This document shows positions 1 to 10,030 of a stretch of 64,000 bases of DNA, piece after piece. Position 1 is the stretch's first letter, and every line of letters begins with the position of its first letter. This stretch comes from a candidate division FCPU426 bacterium. Its GTDB lineage: Bacteria > Oederibacteriota > JAAXVQ01 > JAUVAV01. Under the pieces are notes generated by a model. That model was not told the DNA's origin, searched no databases, and worked only from the letters and a program-made list of their open reading frames with translations. The stretch is from NCBI GenBank assembly GCA_030637655.1, contig DAOWGI010000024.1, positions 1 through 64,000 on the forward strand, read 5' to 3'. Both the position numbers and the translations under genes were made by a program.

Positions 1-103
1 AAAAAACCACGCTTTTTTTTGGGCATTTGTATTTTATCCTTTCAAAATAACGATATTTATTGATTTTGCCTCTCAAAAAACACTATTTAGCAGGTGAAAT
101 CAA

Positions 104-155
104 GTAATATGTCATATGACAACCTTTGTTTAACAGCATTTCACTGACATATTAC
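104..155. repeat. Minimal copy of MITE family A (TIR GTAATATGTCAGTGAA)
   Basis: gtaatatgtca...ttcactgacatattac; the last 40 nt are nearly the reverse complement of the left end of the copy at 52275. Confidence 0.65.
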
Positions 156-186
156 GTAATTAATCTATAAAAATCCACCTAATTTT

Positions 187-414
187 GTAATATGTCAGTG
201 AAATGCTGTGTTTTGCCAAATAACCCGGAAACATATGGTCTGCTGATTTATTTTTTTCCAGGGACGCGACTTGCCTCCATATGTGCAAATTCAAAATTGC
301 CGAACAGATAACTTATTTAGAATTTCGTATCCGGCGTGGGTTAGAGCGCGCTTTCCCCTTGGGAAAAAATAAATCAGCAGACCATATGTCTTTCTCGCTT
401 CACTGACATGTTAC
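187..414. mobile_element. MITE family A copy with internal long hairpin
   Basis: TIRs gtaatatgtcagtgaa / ttcactgacatgttac; internal ~30-bp inverted repeat acatatggtctgctgatttattttttt (231) / aaaaaataaatcagcagaccatatgt (389); same ends as 52275..52455. Confidence 0.7.
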
Positions 415-506
415 CTAATTTTCTACACCCTCTGTGGAAAACTATGTATTTTTCAGAATGACAAATAATATCATTTAAAAATAATGCTATTTTAGAACCG
501 GGATAA

Positions 507-1265
507 TTATAGGCCTGTGGGTAAATTTATAAATACGCTTTCAATTCCATAGATTTTTTTTACAAATTCTCCTGCTGCGCGCACTCCGAGTGTCTCCGTC
601 GCGTAGTGCCCACCAGTAATAATATTGATATTATTCTCCTGACCAACATGAAAAACATGATGTGCAATCTCTCCTGTGATATACGCATCATACCCGGAAG
701 CTGCTGCTTCCTCAACCATATCGCCGCCGCCGCCGGAAACAATGGCAATTTTTTTTATTCCGGGCTTGCCAAAAAAAAAGAGTCGTGGCTGCATTTTGGT
801 TATTTTTCGGATCTGACAACACACCTGCCGGCAGGTATGGGAAAAAGGAAGCTCCCCTCCCACACCAATATAAACCCCATGATACAGCCCAAAGGGTTTT
901 TTCTTCTGTAGCTGCATGCCCTTGGCCAGTAAGGCATTATTGCCCAAACGCGGATGCAAATCCAAAGGTAAATGCGAAGCATACAAGCCAATATCATTTT
1001 CAATCAGCAGACGAATTTTTTGATAAAGCCGGCCGCATATTTTTTCCTGCTTGCCCCAGAACAAACCATGATGCACTAAAATTAAATCAGCTTGTTCTTT
1101 TAGTGCTGCCTGAAAGCTTGCCAATGACGCATCCACAGCAACCGCCACTTTCCTCACCCGGCGTTGGCTCTCAATTTGCAAACCATTGAGGGAACTGTCC
1201 GGAATATCCGCAGTACGTAATTCTTTGTCCAAGCGTTGGGCAATTGTTTTCGAGGTAGGAAACAT
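507..1265 (-). CDS. Nif3/YbgI-like dinuclear metal centre protein (GTP cyclohydrolase I type 2 homolog)
   Basis: NGLQ, HHGL, SHLPLD, ITGE, GHYATE motifs; 252 aa. Confidence 0.92.
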   Translation of the reverse strand: MFPTSKTIAQRLDKELRTADIPDSSLNGLQIESQRRVRKVAVAVDASLASFQAALKEQADLILVHHGLFWGKQEKICGRLYQKIRLLIENDIGLYASHLPLDLHPRLGNNALLAKGMQLQKKKPFGLYHGVYIGVGGELPFSHTCRQVCCQIRKITKMQPRLFFFGKPGIKKIAIVSGGGGDMVEEAAASGYDAYITGEIAHHVFHVGQENNINIITGGHYATETLGVRAAGEFVKKIYGIESVFINLPTGL

Positions 1266-1270
1266 GGGTA

Positions 1271-2194
1271 CTAGTCCTGTTTTTCAAATTGAAACAGCTT
1301 GACCGGGAGCGCCTCGCTGGTCCAGGTCCCATATACAGCATCAATAATAATTGCCTTATCAGGAACAATGACCTCATCCTGATGTAAAATTTTCCACTTT
1401 ACCGGCTCTGGCAAAAGCAGGGTTTTTATTTCAGCACTTTTGATCTCAACTTCAAAACTTCGGACTACGCTGCGAATGGTTTTTTGGCCGGCTTTTATCA
1501 CAAAATCCGTCCCGTTTCCCAACCACAATAAGGTATCTTCCCGGCGATTGAAAATATCATTCATGCACGCTCTTATGCCTTGGCTGGCAACCGCCTCAAT
1601 GACAGCCAGGGCATATTTTCCCTTCCGCATTTGAAAAAAATGAATAAACGGGGAAAAATTCACATCCGCCGGCCGGACCGGATAGGCATTATACTTGCCG
1701 TAATGACGCGCCCAGAGCACGGGCCAAGCAGCATCCAGGTATATTTTAAGCGGAAAGGTTCCTCGTGTTTTACCCTGCTTCACCTCAAAACGGTACGCCA
1801 ATTCAACAAAGCGCTTCAACTTTTTTCCGGGATTTGAACGGGGTCGCAATGAGGTCCACTGTATAAAATCCACCCGGAACCAAATTTTATCCGGACCCGG
1901 ATAGGGGCGCAAAGAGGCGGGAATAATATTTTTCACACGCTGATACGGAAGTAAATAATAGAGCGAAATACCACGACCGGTGACATCCAGCGTAGCTTCC
2001 GGGATCTTCCAGGGTTTGGGAGGAAGTTTTATGGTCCCAGGTTTATACTCAGCCACGAGTTTTTCCACTGGAATGCTCTTGCCTTTTTTCTTCATAAAGG
2101 GTGCTGTGTCCGCAGCTGGTGTTGCCGCCCAAACGGTAGCGAGACTAAATAACAGCCCACAGTAACCGAATATCAGCCTGCGCAGAATTCGCAT
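1271..2194 (-). CDS. Exported hypothetical protein, possible acetoacetate-decarboxylase/DUF2071-like fold
   Basis: Signal peptide ending ATVWA; IPASLRP...FVELAYRFEV...GTFPLKIYLD...WAR resembles ADC-like proteins; SD ggagggggag. Confidence 0.5.
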   Translation of the reverse strand: MRILRRLIFGYCGLLFSLATVWAATPAADTAPFMKKKGKSIPVEKLVAEYKPGTIKLPPKPWKIPEATLDVTGRGISLYYLLPYQRVKNIIPASLRPYPGPDKIWFRVDFIQWTSLRPRSNPGKKLKRFVELAYRFEVKQGKTRGTFPLKIYLDAAWPVLWARHYGKYNAYPVRPADVNFSPFIHFFQMRKGKYALAVIEAVASQGIRACMNDIFNRREDTLLWLGNGTDFVIKAGQKTIRSVVRSFEVEIKSAEIKTLLLPEPVKWKILHQDEVIVPDKAIIIDAVYGTWTSEALPVKLFQFEKQD

Positions 2195-2283
2195 TCTCCC
2201 CCTCCTTCGGTAACTTTACCCTATCTATACATACTCACAAAACTTTGCCCCTGAAAATAGTAGCATAATTTTTTAACTCTTAC

Positions 2284-4005
2284 CTAAAATAATCCTTTTA
2301 CCCGCCCGTCGTCCGTAAGATCAATATTGTTTCCAGCCGGAACTGAAGGAAGACCAGGCATAGTGCGCATATCTCCCAAAAGCGGGCACAAAAATCCCGC
2401 TCCCGCCGAAACACGAATATCTTGCACCGGAACCCGAAAGCCCCGCGGTTTCCCTTTCAATTTTGGATCGTGTGATAATGAAAGGTGGGTCTTGGCCATG
2501 CAAATGGGAAGTCGATTATAACCCAACTCCGTGTACAAGGCGATTTTTTTTTCTGTTGCCGGTAAATAATCCACCCCATCCGCTCCATAGACTTTAGTGG
2601 CAATAGTTTCTATTTTTTCTTTAATAGACGCTTCCAAGGGATATAAAAAGTGGAAGTCATTGCCGGCTTCGGCTGCTGCCACCACTGCCTCGGCCAAAGC
2701 TTTTCCGCCCTCTCCGCCTTGGGCATGCACTTCCGAAGGAATTGCAGCAGCCGCTCCGACCTTGAGGGCTTGCCGGCGCACTAATTCAATTTCATGATCC
2801 GTATCGGTCGCAAAACGATTGATGGCCACCACCACCGAAACTCCGTGTTGCTTCACAGCCGCAATATGTTGTTCCAGGTTTTCACAGCCTTTGATTAACG
2901 CTTCGTCATGGGGCGCGGAAACCACTGCCGGATCCAATGGTTTGCCGGGCCGAACCGAAAAAGCGTGGCCGTGCATTTTCAAAGCCCGAATAGTGCATAC
3001 CATAATCACTGCATCCGGTTTGAGTCCGGAATAGCGGCATTTTATATTCATAAACTTTTCGCATCCGCAATCCGCCCCAAACCCACTTTCGGTCACAACG
3101 TATTCTCCCAAATGCAAGGCCATTTTATCGGCAATGATCGAAGAATTGCCATGCGCAATATTGGCAAAAGGACCGGCATGCACAAAAACCGGTGTGTGCT
3201 CCAATGTTTGCATCAGGGTTGGCATCACAGCATCTTTCATGAGTACTGCCATAGAACCCGCGCACTGTAAATCTTCAGCGGTTACAGCCTTACCTTCCCG
3301 ATTGGTTCCGATGACAATAGCGCCTAGACGCTTACGCATATCTTTGAGATCTTTGGCCAAAGCCAGGATAGCCATGACTTCTGAGGCTACGGCAATATCA
3401 AATCCGGTTTCGCGCGGATAACCATTTTCTTTGCCGCCCTGTCCTACCGTAATCTGCCGCAGCGCGCGGTCTGAAATATCGACCACCCGGCGCCAGGTAA
3501 TGGAGAAGGGATCAATGTCCAATTTGTTGCCATGGAGTAGCTGGGAATCAATATACGCTGCCAGCAGATTGTTAGCCAAAGAGACGGCGTGAATGTCTCC
3601 GGTCAAATGCAGATTAAAATCCTCCATGGGAACCACCTGGGAATAGCCTCCCCCGGCAGCCCCGCCTTTGATACCAAAAACCGGACCCAGTGATGGTTGA
3701 CGAATACAGGTAATTACTTTTTTTCCGATTTTGGCCAGTGCTTGGGAAACCCCGATAGTGGTTACGGTTTTGCCTTCACCCAGAGGGGTTGGAGTAATCG
3801 CAGTAACATCAATATACTTGCCTAGGGGTCGGTCTTTGATTCTCTCTAAAACATCCAAATGAACTTTAGCTTTGTACTTGCCATACAGTTCCAACTCTTC
3901 CGGCCGCACGCCCAAAGATTCCGCGATCTCTCCGATGGGCAGCATTTTGGCTTGCTGGGCAATATCAAGATCGCCGGCTATTTTAATTTTTACTTTGGTT
4001 GTCAT
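2284..4005 (-). CDS. fhs: Formate--tetrahydrofolate ligase
   Basis: TAITPTPLGEGKT, RQPSLGPVFGIKGGAAGGG, HAGPFANIAHG, TMPGLP; start reassigned to ATG 4005 (SD aagggag) because the ORF-track extension runs through a REP palindrome. Confidence 0.97.
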   Translation of the reverse strand: MTTKVKIKIAGDLDIAQQAKMLPIGEIAESLGVRPEELELYGKYKAKVHLDVLERIKDRPLGKYIDVTAITPTPLGEGKTVTTIGVSQALAKIGKKVITCIRQPSLGPVFGIKGGAAGGGYSQVVPMEDFNLHLTGDIHAVSLANNLLAAYIDSQLLHGNKLDIDPFSITWRRVVDISDRALRQITVGQGGKENGYPRETGFDIAVASEVMAILALAKDLKDMRKRLGAIVIGTNREGKAVTAEDLQCAGSMAVLMKDAVMPTLMQTLEHTPVFVHAGPFANIAHGNSSIIADKMALHLGEYVVTESGFGADCGCEKFMNIKCRYSGLKPDAVIMVCTIRALKMHGHAFSVRPGKPLDPAVVSAPHDEALIKGCENLEQHIAAVKQHGVSVVVAINRFATDTDHEIELVRRQALKVGAAAAIPSEVHAQGGEGGKALAEAVVAAAEAGNDFHFLYPLEASIKEKIETIATKVYGADGVDYLPATEKKIALYTELGYNRLPICMAKTHLSLSHDPKLKGKPRGFRVPVQDIRVSAGAGFLCPLLGDMRTMPGLPSVPAGNNIDLTDDGRVKGLF

Positions 4006-4033
4006 TGGTTTTCTCCCTTTGTACGACATCTCT

Positions 4034-4079
4034 GTAGGGAACACTCGCGAGTGTTCCCTACGTCGAGTGTTCCCTACGT
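4034..4079. repeat. GTAG-type REP-like palindrome with partial tandem duplication
   Basis: gtagggaacactcgcgagtgttccctac is a perfect palindrome, followed by a second cgagtgttccctacgt. Confidence 0.7.
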
Positions 4080-4116
4080 TATCATTGCGTGTTGGAAATG
4101 GTTTACATTTCAAATG

Positions 4117-4152
4117 AAAAAAAATACCGCGCTATAGCACTAGCGCGGTATT
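4117..4152 (-). terminator. Intrinsic terminator downstream of the HEAT gene
   Basis: Stem ataccgcgcta/tagcgcggtat followed by a U-tract on the - strand. Confidence 0.75.
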
Positions 4153-4192
4153 CAATGCCTATCATGAAATCCAGCCCTTTCATGCCGGCTAA

Positions 4193-5626
4193 TTACCGTT
4201 TTTTCTTTTTCTTCGTCTTTTTTTTGGTTTTTTTCTTAGACTTGGATTTAGGCGTTGGTTGCTTTTGTGGAGGAACCAGATCTTTCTCTTTATTCTTTTT
4301 CTCGGAAATCTCTCCCCTTCCAGGCAGCTCAGTTTGAGGAATATTCAGTCTCTCCCCCTGCATCATCTGCACACCCATTTTTCTCTGTGTTTCCAAACGC
4401 AATAAAATGTTTTCAATATGCTTTTTTATCCACGAACTCTCTTCACTGTCCAGCGCTGATTTTAAAATGGCTTCCGCTTCTTCTGAACTATTTTCATCCA
4501 AAGCAGCCACCGCTGCCCAACGAACGCGCTCGGATTGATCTTTGCTTAATTTCCGTAAAAGTTTCAAACTCTTCTTGGTTTTTATCCTGGACAGGGCATT
4601 GGCTGCTTCTTCGCGAATGGCCTCTTCTTTGTCCGCGGCCATGGTTTTCACCACTTTAAACCCGACTTTTTTCGCGTTTTCAGCCAAAGCATTGGCCGCT
4701 GCCGCGCGCACGGCCTGATCCTTATCCTGCAATAAATTAACCAAAACTTTGATGGCTCTCTGGGTTCCCAAACGCCCCAAGGCCATGGCTGCTTCGCGGC
4801 GTGTGGCCGCTTCAATGTTTTTCGATACTTTTACCAGAACTGCTTCAGCGCGCGGATCACCAATAGCGCCCAAAGACATCACTAAAGAGCGCAGTACAAA
4901 AGAATCCGTTTTGTTTTCCGCAACTTTAATAATATCCGGAACCGCGTCCCGGGCTTTCATCCGGCCCAAGGCAATAGCCGCATCACCTTGCAGCACCGAA
5001 ATTTCCGAATACAAGTTCTTGCTAATGGCTTGCACAACTTCAGGTTTGTTGAACTGGGTCAATACCCATATTGCACGACGGCGCACCATAATTTCTTTAT
5101 CATCCAGTGCATGCAATAAATCTTTAAGCACCAGCTTTTCCGAATAATTTCCCAGTGTTAAAATGGTTTGTTCACGCACCACACCGGATTTGTCTTTGAG
5201 AAAACTCCGGACAATATTAAGCTTGGCTTCACCACCCATTTTTCCCAATGTGAATATAGCCGTTGCTCGTACGCGCTCATTTTTATCTTTCAACAATGCT
5301 GCAACGTGGTCCAAATGCGACTCATCACCCCAAACTCGTATGGAAACCAGGGCGTTCTCACGAACCTGATCATCCTCATCTTTAAGCGCCTTGAGCAATT
5401 GGGGGATCACCGATTTGTCACCCACACCGCCTAAAGATATCACTGCCTCACGCCGTTTTTCCACATCCTGAGAAACCAGCATGCGGGAGTACTTATTCAC
5501 CATCATTTTTCGTTTGTGTTCCCAGGAACGGGGCGACTTAAACAACACAGAGACAATAATTGCGGCCGCGGCAATAGCCAAAACCGCCATAATAATCCAT
5601 ATGATTTTGGTCCTTCGACTCGCCAT
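4193..5626 (-). CDS. Membrane-anchored HEAT/PBS-lyase repeat protein
   Basis: N-terminal TM helix; ~12 repeats of L-x-D-x-x-x-x-VR-x-x-A-x-x-ALG; poly-Lys tail; start ATG 5626 with SD aaggaggg. Confidence 0.88.
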   Translation of the reverse strand: MASRRTKIIWIIMAVLAIAAAAIIVSVLFKSPRSWEHKRKMMVNKYSRMLVSQDVEKRREAVISLGGVGDKSVIPQLLKALKDEDDQVRENALVSIRVWGDESHLDHVAALLKDKNERVRATAIFTLGKMGGEAKLNIVRSFLKDKSGVVREQTILTLGNYSEKLVLKDLLHALDDKEIMVRRRAIWVLTQFNKPEVVQAISKNLYSEISVLQGDAAIALGRMKARDAVPDIIKVAENKTDSFVLRSLVMSLGAIGDPRAEAVLVKVSKNIEAATRREAAMALGRLGTQRAIKVLVNLLQDKDQAVRAAAANALAENAKKVGFKVVKTMAADKEEAIREEAANALSRIKTKKSLKLLRKLSKDQSERVRWAAVAALDENSSEEAEAILKSALDSEESSWIKKHIENILLRLETQRKMGVQMMQGERLNIPQTELPGRGEISEKKNKEKDLVPPQKQPTPKSKSKKKTKKKTKKKKKR

Positions 5627-5751
5627 ATATAACCCTCCTTCAAGACATTGAAAAGGCACTTATACACGTAACAAAATAGAATTTGAGAAAGTTCAAAGTA
5701 TAGCACGGGCCTTTCAATCACGCACTAAAAAAGATGTGTGAATCTTGCTTC

Positions 5752-6858
5752 CTAACCATTGGCACCAACAGCTTCCAAGTCCACATAGGTGCCGACCAAC
5801 TGGATAGCGTGCTCGATTTTCGCGACTTCTTGGGGCCCTATTTTTACCATTAAATCGTGAATCTGAGACGCCACGGTGTACGTGTCTTTGGAGCAGGTAA
5901 TGACCGGTATCCGGGAGCGATGAATTAATTCCAAAATGGCCGGATGCGGTATCGTGTGTCCGGTCAATACAATTCCGGAAATCATGCTTTCTTCCTGTTG
6001 TTCATTCGCGAGCGCCATTCCAATGGCGGCCAAAATAATATCCTCGCGATCTCCGGGTGTAATAATCAGGGAGTCCGGTTTAAAATAATCCAGAGCTTGA
6101 TGCGCACTCATGGCGCCGACCAAGTTATGCTTAACCGGGCGCGCCAAAGCAAGCTCTGGCACATCATGGCTGATAAGGTCTCCTTCTATTTCTTCCATGA
6201 CCTCGCTAACCGTCGGGGCTGACAACACATCATCATAGGGCAACACACCTAAGACCTTGATTCCCTTGCGCTCAAATCCTTTAACTACCAAATCCTTAAC
6301 TCGTTCATATTTATTCATTTTAACCTTATTAATAACCACTCCCGCCAGTGGTGCCCCGGCATCTTTAAGCAAGGTGTAATTGAGCGCCACTTCATCAATT
6401 GGGCGCCCAACGCCTCCGGGAGCAACCATAATCACCGGGGTCTTGAGCAGTTTCGCCACCCGGGCATTGGATAAATCTAAAACAGATCCCACCCCCGCGT
6501 GACCGGTCCCTTCCACCACCACAAAATCCCGCCCTTCGCAGACGCGCTCAAATGATTCTAAAATTTGCCGTTCCAATTCATTGCTGCGCCCGTGCCGGAT
6601 GTATTCGGCAGTAAATCCTTTTCCCACTTGTACCGGATTCATGTCTTGCAGAATGGCCTTAGTGGAAAAAACTTTCTCCATCAACACCGCGTCTTCATCC
6701 ACCTCAACACCTTCGGTCAGCACCGTACGTTGCCCAACCGGTTTGATGTATCCGATTTTTTTCTTTTTCCGAAACAGATTGCCCAGAATCCCTAAAGACA
6801 ACAGCGTCTTACCTACATTCTGCCGGGTTGCGGCGATAAATATTTTTTTTGTAGCCAT
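5752..6858 (-). CDS. BioD-like (AAA_26) + DRTGG domain protein (phosphotransacetylase N-terminal family, no catalytic PTA domain)
   Basis: ATRQNVGKT P-loop, YIKPVG, VVEGTGH, ITPGDREDII, GIVLTG. Confidence 0.85.
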   Translation of the reverse strand: MATKKIFIAATRQNVGKTLLSLGILGNLFRKKKKIGYIKPVGQRTVLTEGVEVDEDAVLMEKVFSTKAILQDMNPVQVGKGFTAEYIRHGRSNELERQILESFERVCEGRDFVVVEGTGHAGVGSVLDLSNARVAKLLKTPVIMVAPGGVGRPIDEVALNYTLLKDAGAPLAGVVINKVKMNKYERVKDLVVKGFERKGIKVLGVLPYDDVLSAPTVSEVMEEIEGDLISHDVPELALARPVKHNLVGAMSAHQALDYFKPDSLIITPGDREDIILAAIGMALANEQQEESMISGIVLTGHTIPHPAILELIHRSRIPVITCSKDTYTVASQIHDLMVKIGPQEVAKIEHAIQLVGTYVDLEAVGANG

Positions 6859-9296
6859 TAGTTATCCTCCTCACCAGCGACGGAGGGGAGTAACTGTTCC
6901 AGCAATTCCACGCTTTTGCCGGCATCCGCGGCAAACCCATCCGCCTGAATTTCATCCGCATATTTCTGTGTCACCACCGCCCCGCCCACAATTACCTTCA
7001 GATCCAATCGGCGTTCCTTCACCAGATCCACGACTTTCTTCATCTCGGTCATGGTGGTTGTCATCAAAGCCGAGAGCGCGATAAAAGTAGCGCCCTGGGC
7101 TACCGCCTGATTAACAATGGTTTCTTCGTCCACAGATTTGCCTAAATCAATCACAGCGTATCCATGGTTACGAAGCAACAGCCCTACTATTTTTTTGCCA
7201 ATATCATGAATATCCCCCTTCACAGTCGCGATAACACCAATACCTTTGGAGGTTTGTTTGATTTTTTCAAGCTGCGGAGTCAAATACCGGACCCCTTTTT
7301 CCATGGTTTCCGCTGAGGCAATAAGCTGAGGTAAAAAATACTCTTTATGGTTGAATTTCTCCCCCACCAATTGAATCGCCGGAAGCATGATTTTTTGTAC
7401 AATCTCGAGTGCTCCCCGACCTTGGTCCAATAAAATTTGGACCTGTTTCTCGATCGCATCCTTGCTCCCTTGCACAATCGTATCGCGGACACCTTCCTCA
7501 GGTGATAGCTCCGCCTTTAGTGCCGCCATGGTCGCCGGTGCCGGCTTGCTGAAATTTTTAAATTTTTCAATATACTGCCGGCAATTGGGGTCGCGGTTGG
7601 TCAAGAGATCCAACGCTGCTTTTACCTTCATCAATAACTCAGCCGCTGGATTGGCAATCACAGCGGACAATCCGGCGCCGGCGGCCATGGCCAGAAAAGT
7701 GCTGTTCACATAGTCTCTGCCAGGCAAGCCAAACGAAATATTGGACAACCCCAATACCGTATTGCACTGCAGGGTTTCGGATACATAGCGCAAAGTATCC
7801 AGCGTTACCTTGGCCTGAGCTTGGTTGGAGGACGCCGTCATCACCAATCCATCCACCATACCGCTCTTGCGGGGTACACCCTGTTTGTCACAAGCAGAAT
7901 ATATTTTATCCAGCACTGCCTTTCTTTGCTCCAGGGTTTCCGGAATTCCCGTATCATCCAGAGGCAACAAGATATAGGCAGCTCCGTATTTTTTCAAAAC
8001 CGGGAGTATGTGTTTTAGCTTTTCTTTTTCTCCTGACAGAGAGTTGACCAAAACGCGGCCCGGATAAAACTGCAGGGCCGCTGCTATGACCTCCGGTTTA
8101 CTTGAATCAATGCACAGTGGCAAATCCGAGATCACTGCCAACTCTCGAATCGCTCTCAGCATCACTTCTTTTTCGTTAATCCCCGGCATGCCTACATTCA
8201 CGTCCAGAATGTCGGCTCCTTTTTCCTTTTGCTCCCGGGCCAAGGACTTCAGCAATTCCAATTTTCCGGCTTTGAGTTCTTCCTGGAGAGCAGCTTTTCC
8301 GGTAGGATTAATACGTTCTCCAATCACGCGCAGCGGCGACTCCGGTGTGCGTTGCAGAACAATGTTGCGCCTGGCGCTTGAGAGTATAACGGCCTCCCAT
8401 GGAGCCGGTCTGTCTTTTGGTTTTTTTCCTTGCACCGCCTGTGCGGTTTGTGCGATGTGCTCAGGTGTAGTACCGCAACAGCCTCCCAGCATGGCCACCC
8501 CGCATTCCCAAAACGGTTCCGCGTACCCGGCAAATTCTGACGGAGACATAGGAAAAACAGTCTCACCTGCCTGAATCACCGGCAAACCGGCATTGGGTTT
8601 TACCAATACCGGAATCTGTGCCTGCGCGCACACTTGTTTCACCACCAACAGCATTTTATCCGGACCGGTAGAACAATTGATCCCGAAGCCATCCGCGCCC
8701 AAGGATTGAACTATATTTAAACATACCAGGGGATCGCTTCCAGTCAGAGTTCTCTGACTTTCATCAAAAGTCATGGAGGTGATGACCGGTATAGCCGAAA
8801 CTTCCTTAGCCGCCAGCAGAGCCAGGCGTGTTTCTTGAATGTCAATCTGCGTCTCAATGACAATCAGATCAACCCCGGCCTTGACCAGCGCGGAAATTTG
8901 CTCGCGGAAGATATCCAATCCTTCCTCAACCGGAATTTCGCCGAACGGCTGATAAAAAATACCGGTAGGGCCCACATCTCCGGCCACCAGGCGTTTCTGT
9001 TTGTGCGCCACTTCCAGAGAGAGTTCTGCCAAGCGCTGATTGATTTCAGTAGTTTTCCGTTCCAACCCAAAATTCTTTAATTTGATCCGATTGGCGCCAA
9101 AGGTCGGCGCTAAAACAACATCCGAACCAACAGCCAGATACTCACTCTGTATCCGTTGAATCACTTCCGGTTTTTCCAGACAAAACGCCTCCGGCGAAAC
9201 ACCGGTCGGCATGCCGTATTTCTGCAGCATGGTCCCGGTAGAACCGTCAAAAATAACTGTTTTTTTAGCTAATAATTTCTGCCAGGCGTCACTCAT
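6858..9296 (-). CDS. metH: Cobalamin-dependent methionine synthase (Hcy, folate and B12 domains; no reactivation domain)
   Basis: DGSTGT, GINCSTGP, GGCCGTTPEH, IGERINPTG, GLSNISFGLP, B12 motif GDIHDIGK, SALMTTT; start ATG 9296 with SD aggag. Confidence 0.93.
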   Translation of the reverse strand: MSDAWQKLLAKKTVIFDGSTGTMLQKYGMPTGVSPEAFCLEKPEVIQRIQSEYLAVGSDVVLAPTFGANRIKLKNFGLERKTTEINQRLAELSLEVAHKQKRLVAGDVGPTGIFYQPFGEIPVEEGLDIFREQISALVKAGVDLIVIETQIDIQETRLALLAAKEVSAIPVITSMTFDESQRTLTGSDPLVCLNIVQSLGADGFGINCSTGPDKMLLVVKQVCAQAQIPVLVKPNAGLPVIQAGETVFPMSPSEFAGYAEPFWECGVAMLGGCCGTTPEHIAQTAQAVQGKKPKDRPAPWEAVILSSARRNIVLQRTPESPLRVIGERINPTGKAALQEELKAGKLELLKSLAREQKEKGADILDVNVGMPGINEKEVMLRAIRELAVISDLPLCIDSSKPEVIAAALQFYPGRVLVNSLSGEKEKLKHILPVLKKYGAAYILLPLDDTGIPETLEQRKAVLDKIYSACDKQGVPRKSGMVDGLVMTASSNQAQAKVTLDTLRYVSETLQCNTVLGLSNISFGLPGRDYVNSTFLAMAAGAGLSAVIANPAAELLMKVKAALDLLTNRDPNCRQYIEKFKNFSKPAPATMAALKAELSPEEGVRDTIVQGSKDAIEKQVQILLDQGRGALEIVQKIMLPAIQLVGEKFNHKEYFLPQLIASAETMEKGVRYLTPQLEKIKQTSKGIGVIATVKGDIHDIGKKIVGLLLRNHGYAVIDLGKSVDEETIVNQAVAQGATFIALSALMTTTMTEMKKVVDLVKERRLDLKVIVGGAVVTQKYADEIQADGFAADAGKSVELLEQLLPSVAGEEDN

Positions 9297-9912
9297 GTGT
9301 TTGCTCCTGCTCATGGATAGGTGCCAAAGCTGTTACTGTTTTTTCCGGTGACAGGATAAATCGTTCATTGATCGTAATATCGTACTCCGCAAAACCCAGT
9401 GTGGTAAAAAAATAGCGCTGATGTTCCAAGGCAAAATCACTGTACCCGCAGGACAAACGCCTGCCCAGCCGGCGTCCCACACGCCGCATACTTACCGCCA
9501 GTTCCCTTTCTATAAAATCCAGCGCAAAATCTACTTTTTCCGCTAAAACCGCATCCAGCACAACCGCTTGCTGCATATCCGTTTGCAGCAGCCGCAGTAG
9601 TTTTTGATAATCTTCTTTTACCACCGAAGCCCCTAACAGCATTACCTTTCGTACTCCGGCAAAACGTTCTCGGATTAGGGTGCTGGTAAAATGATACTTT
9701 GCAATAACATTTTCATTATTCTCGATAGCAAAGCTTTTTTCCACGTAAAATATACGCACTTGAGTCTCATTTACAAATTGCTCAAGCATGGTTTCGTACT
9801 TTGGCCCCAGCGCTGCTTTATCCATGGTTTTTTCACGGTATCCCAAGCGCGTCCAGACCGGCATCCGCGGCATATTATTTAAGGTGACTAGTTTCACAGT
9901 TGGCGCGGGCAT
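9289..9912 (-). CDS. Stand-alone methionine synthase reactivation (SAM-binding) domain
   Basis: LDAV...VD, RLSCGYSDFALEHQ, ILSPEKTVTA match the Met synthase activation domain; overlaps the metH start. Confidence 0.8.
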   Translation of the reverse strand: MPAPTVKLVTLNNMPRMPVWTRLGYREKTMDKAALGPKYETMLEQFVNETQVRIFYVEKSFAIENNENVIAKYHFTSTLIRERFAGVRKVMLLGASVVKEDYQKLLRLLQTDMQQAVVLDAVLAEKVDFALDFIERELAVSMRRVGRRLGRRLSCGYSDFALEHQRYFFTTLGFAEYDITINERFILSPEKTVTALAPIHEQEQTHE

Positions 9913-10030
9913 TGGCTATTCTCCCAAGCGTTATATAATATGAAGGGGATTATAAATCCATACAAGGTCTTTTTCAATGATAAATAAGAGAATAAAGGGG
10001 ACGTCCCCCAATACTATCTTTTGGTTTCCA

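Noticed and set aside
4006-4113. N-terminal extension of Fhs, or a THF/ZTP riboswitch
   Set aside because: The region is a REP palindrome next to the upstream terminator; the SD supports ATG 4005 and no aptamer consensus is visible.
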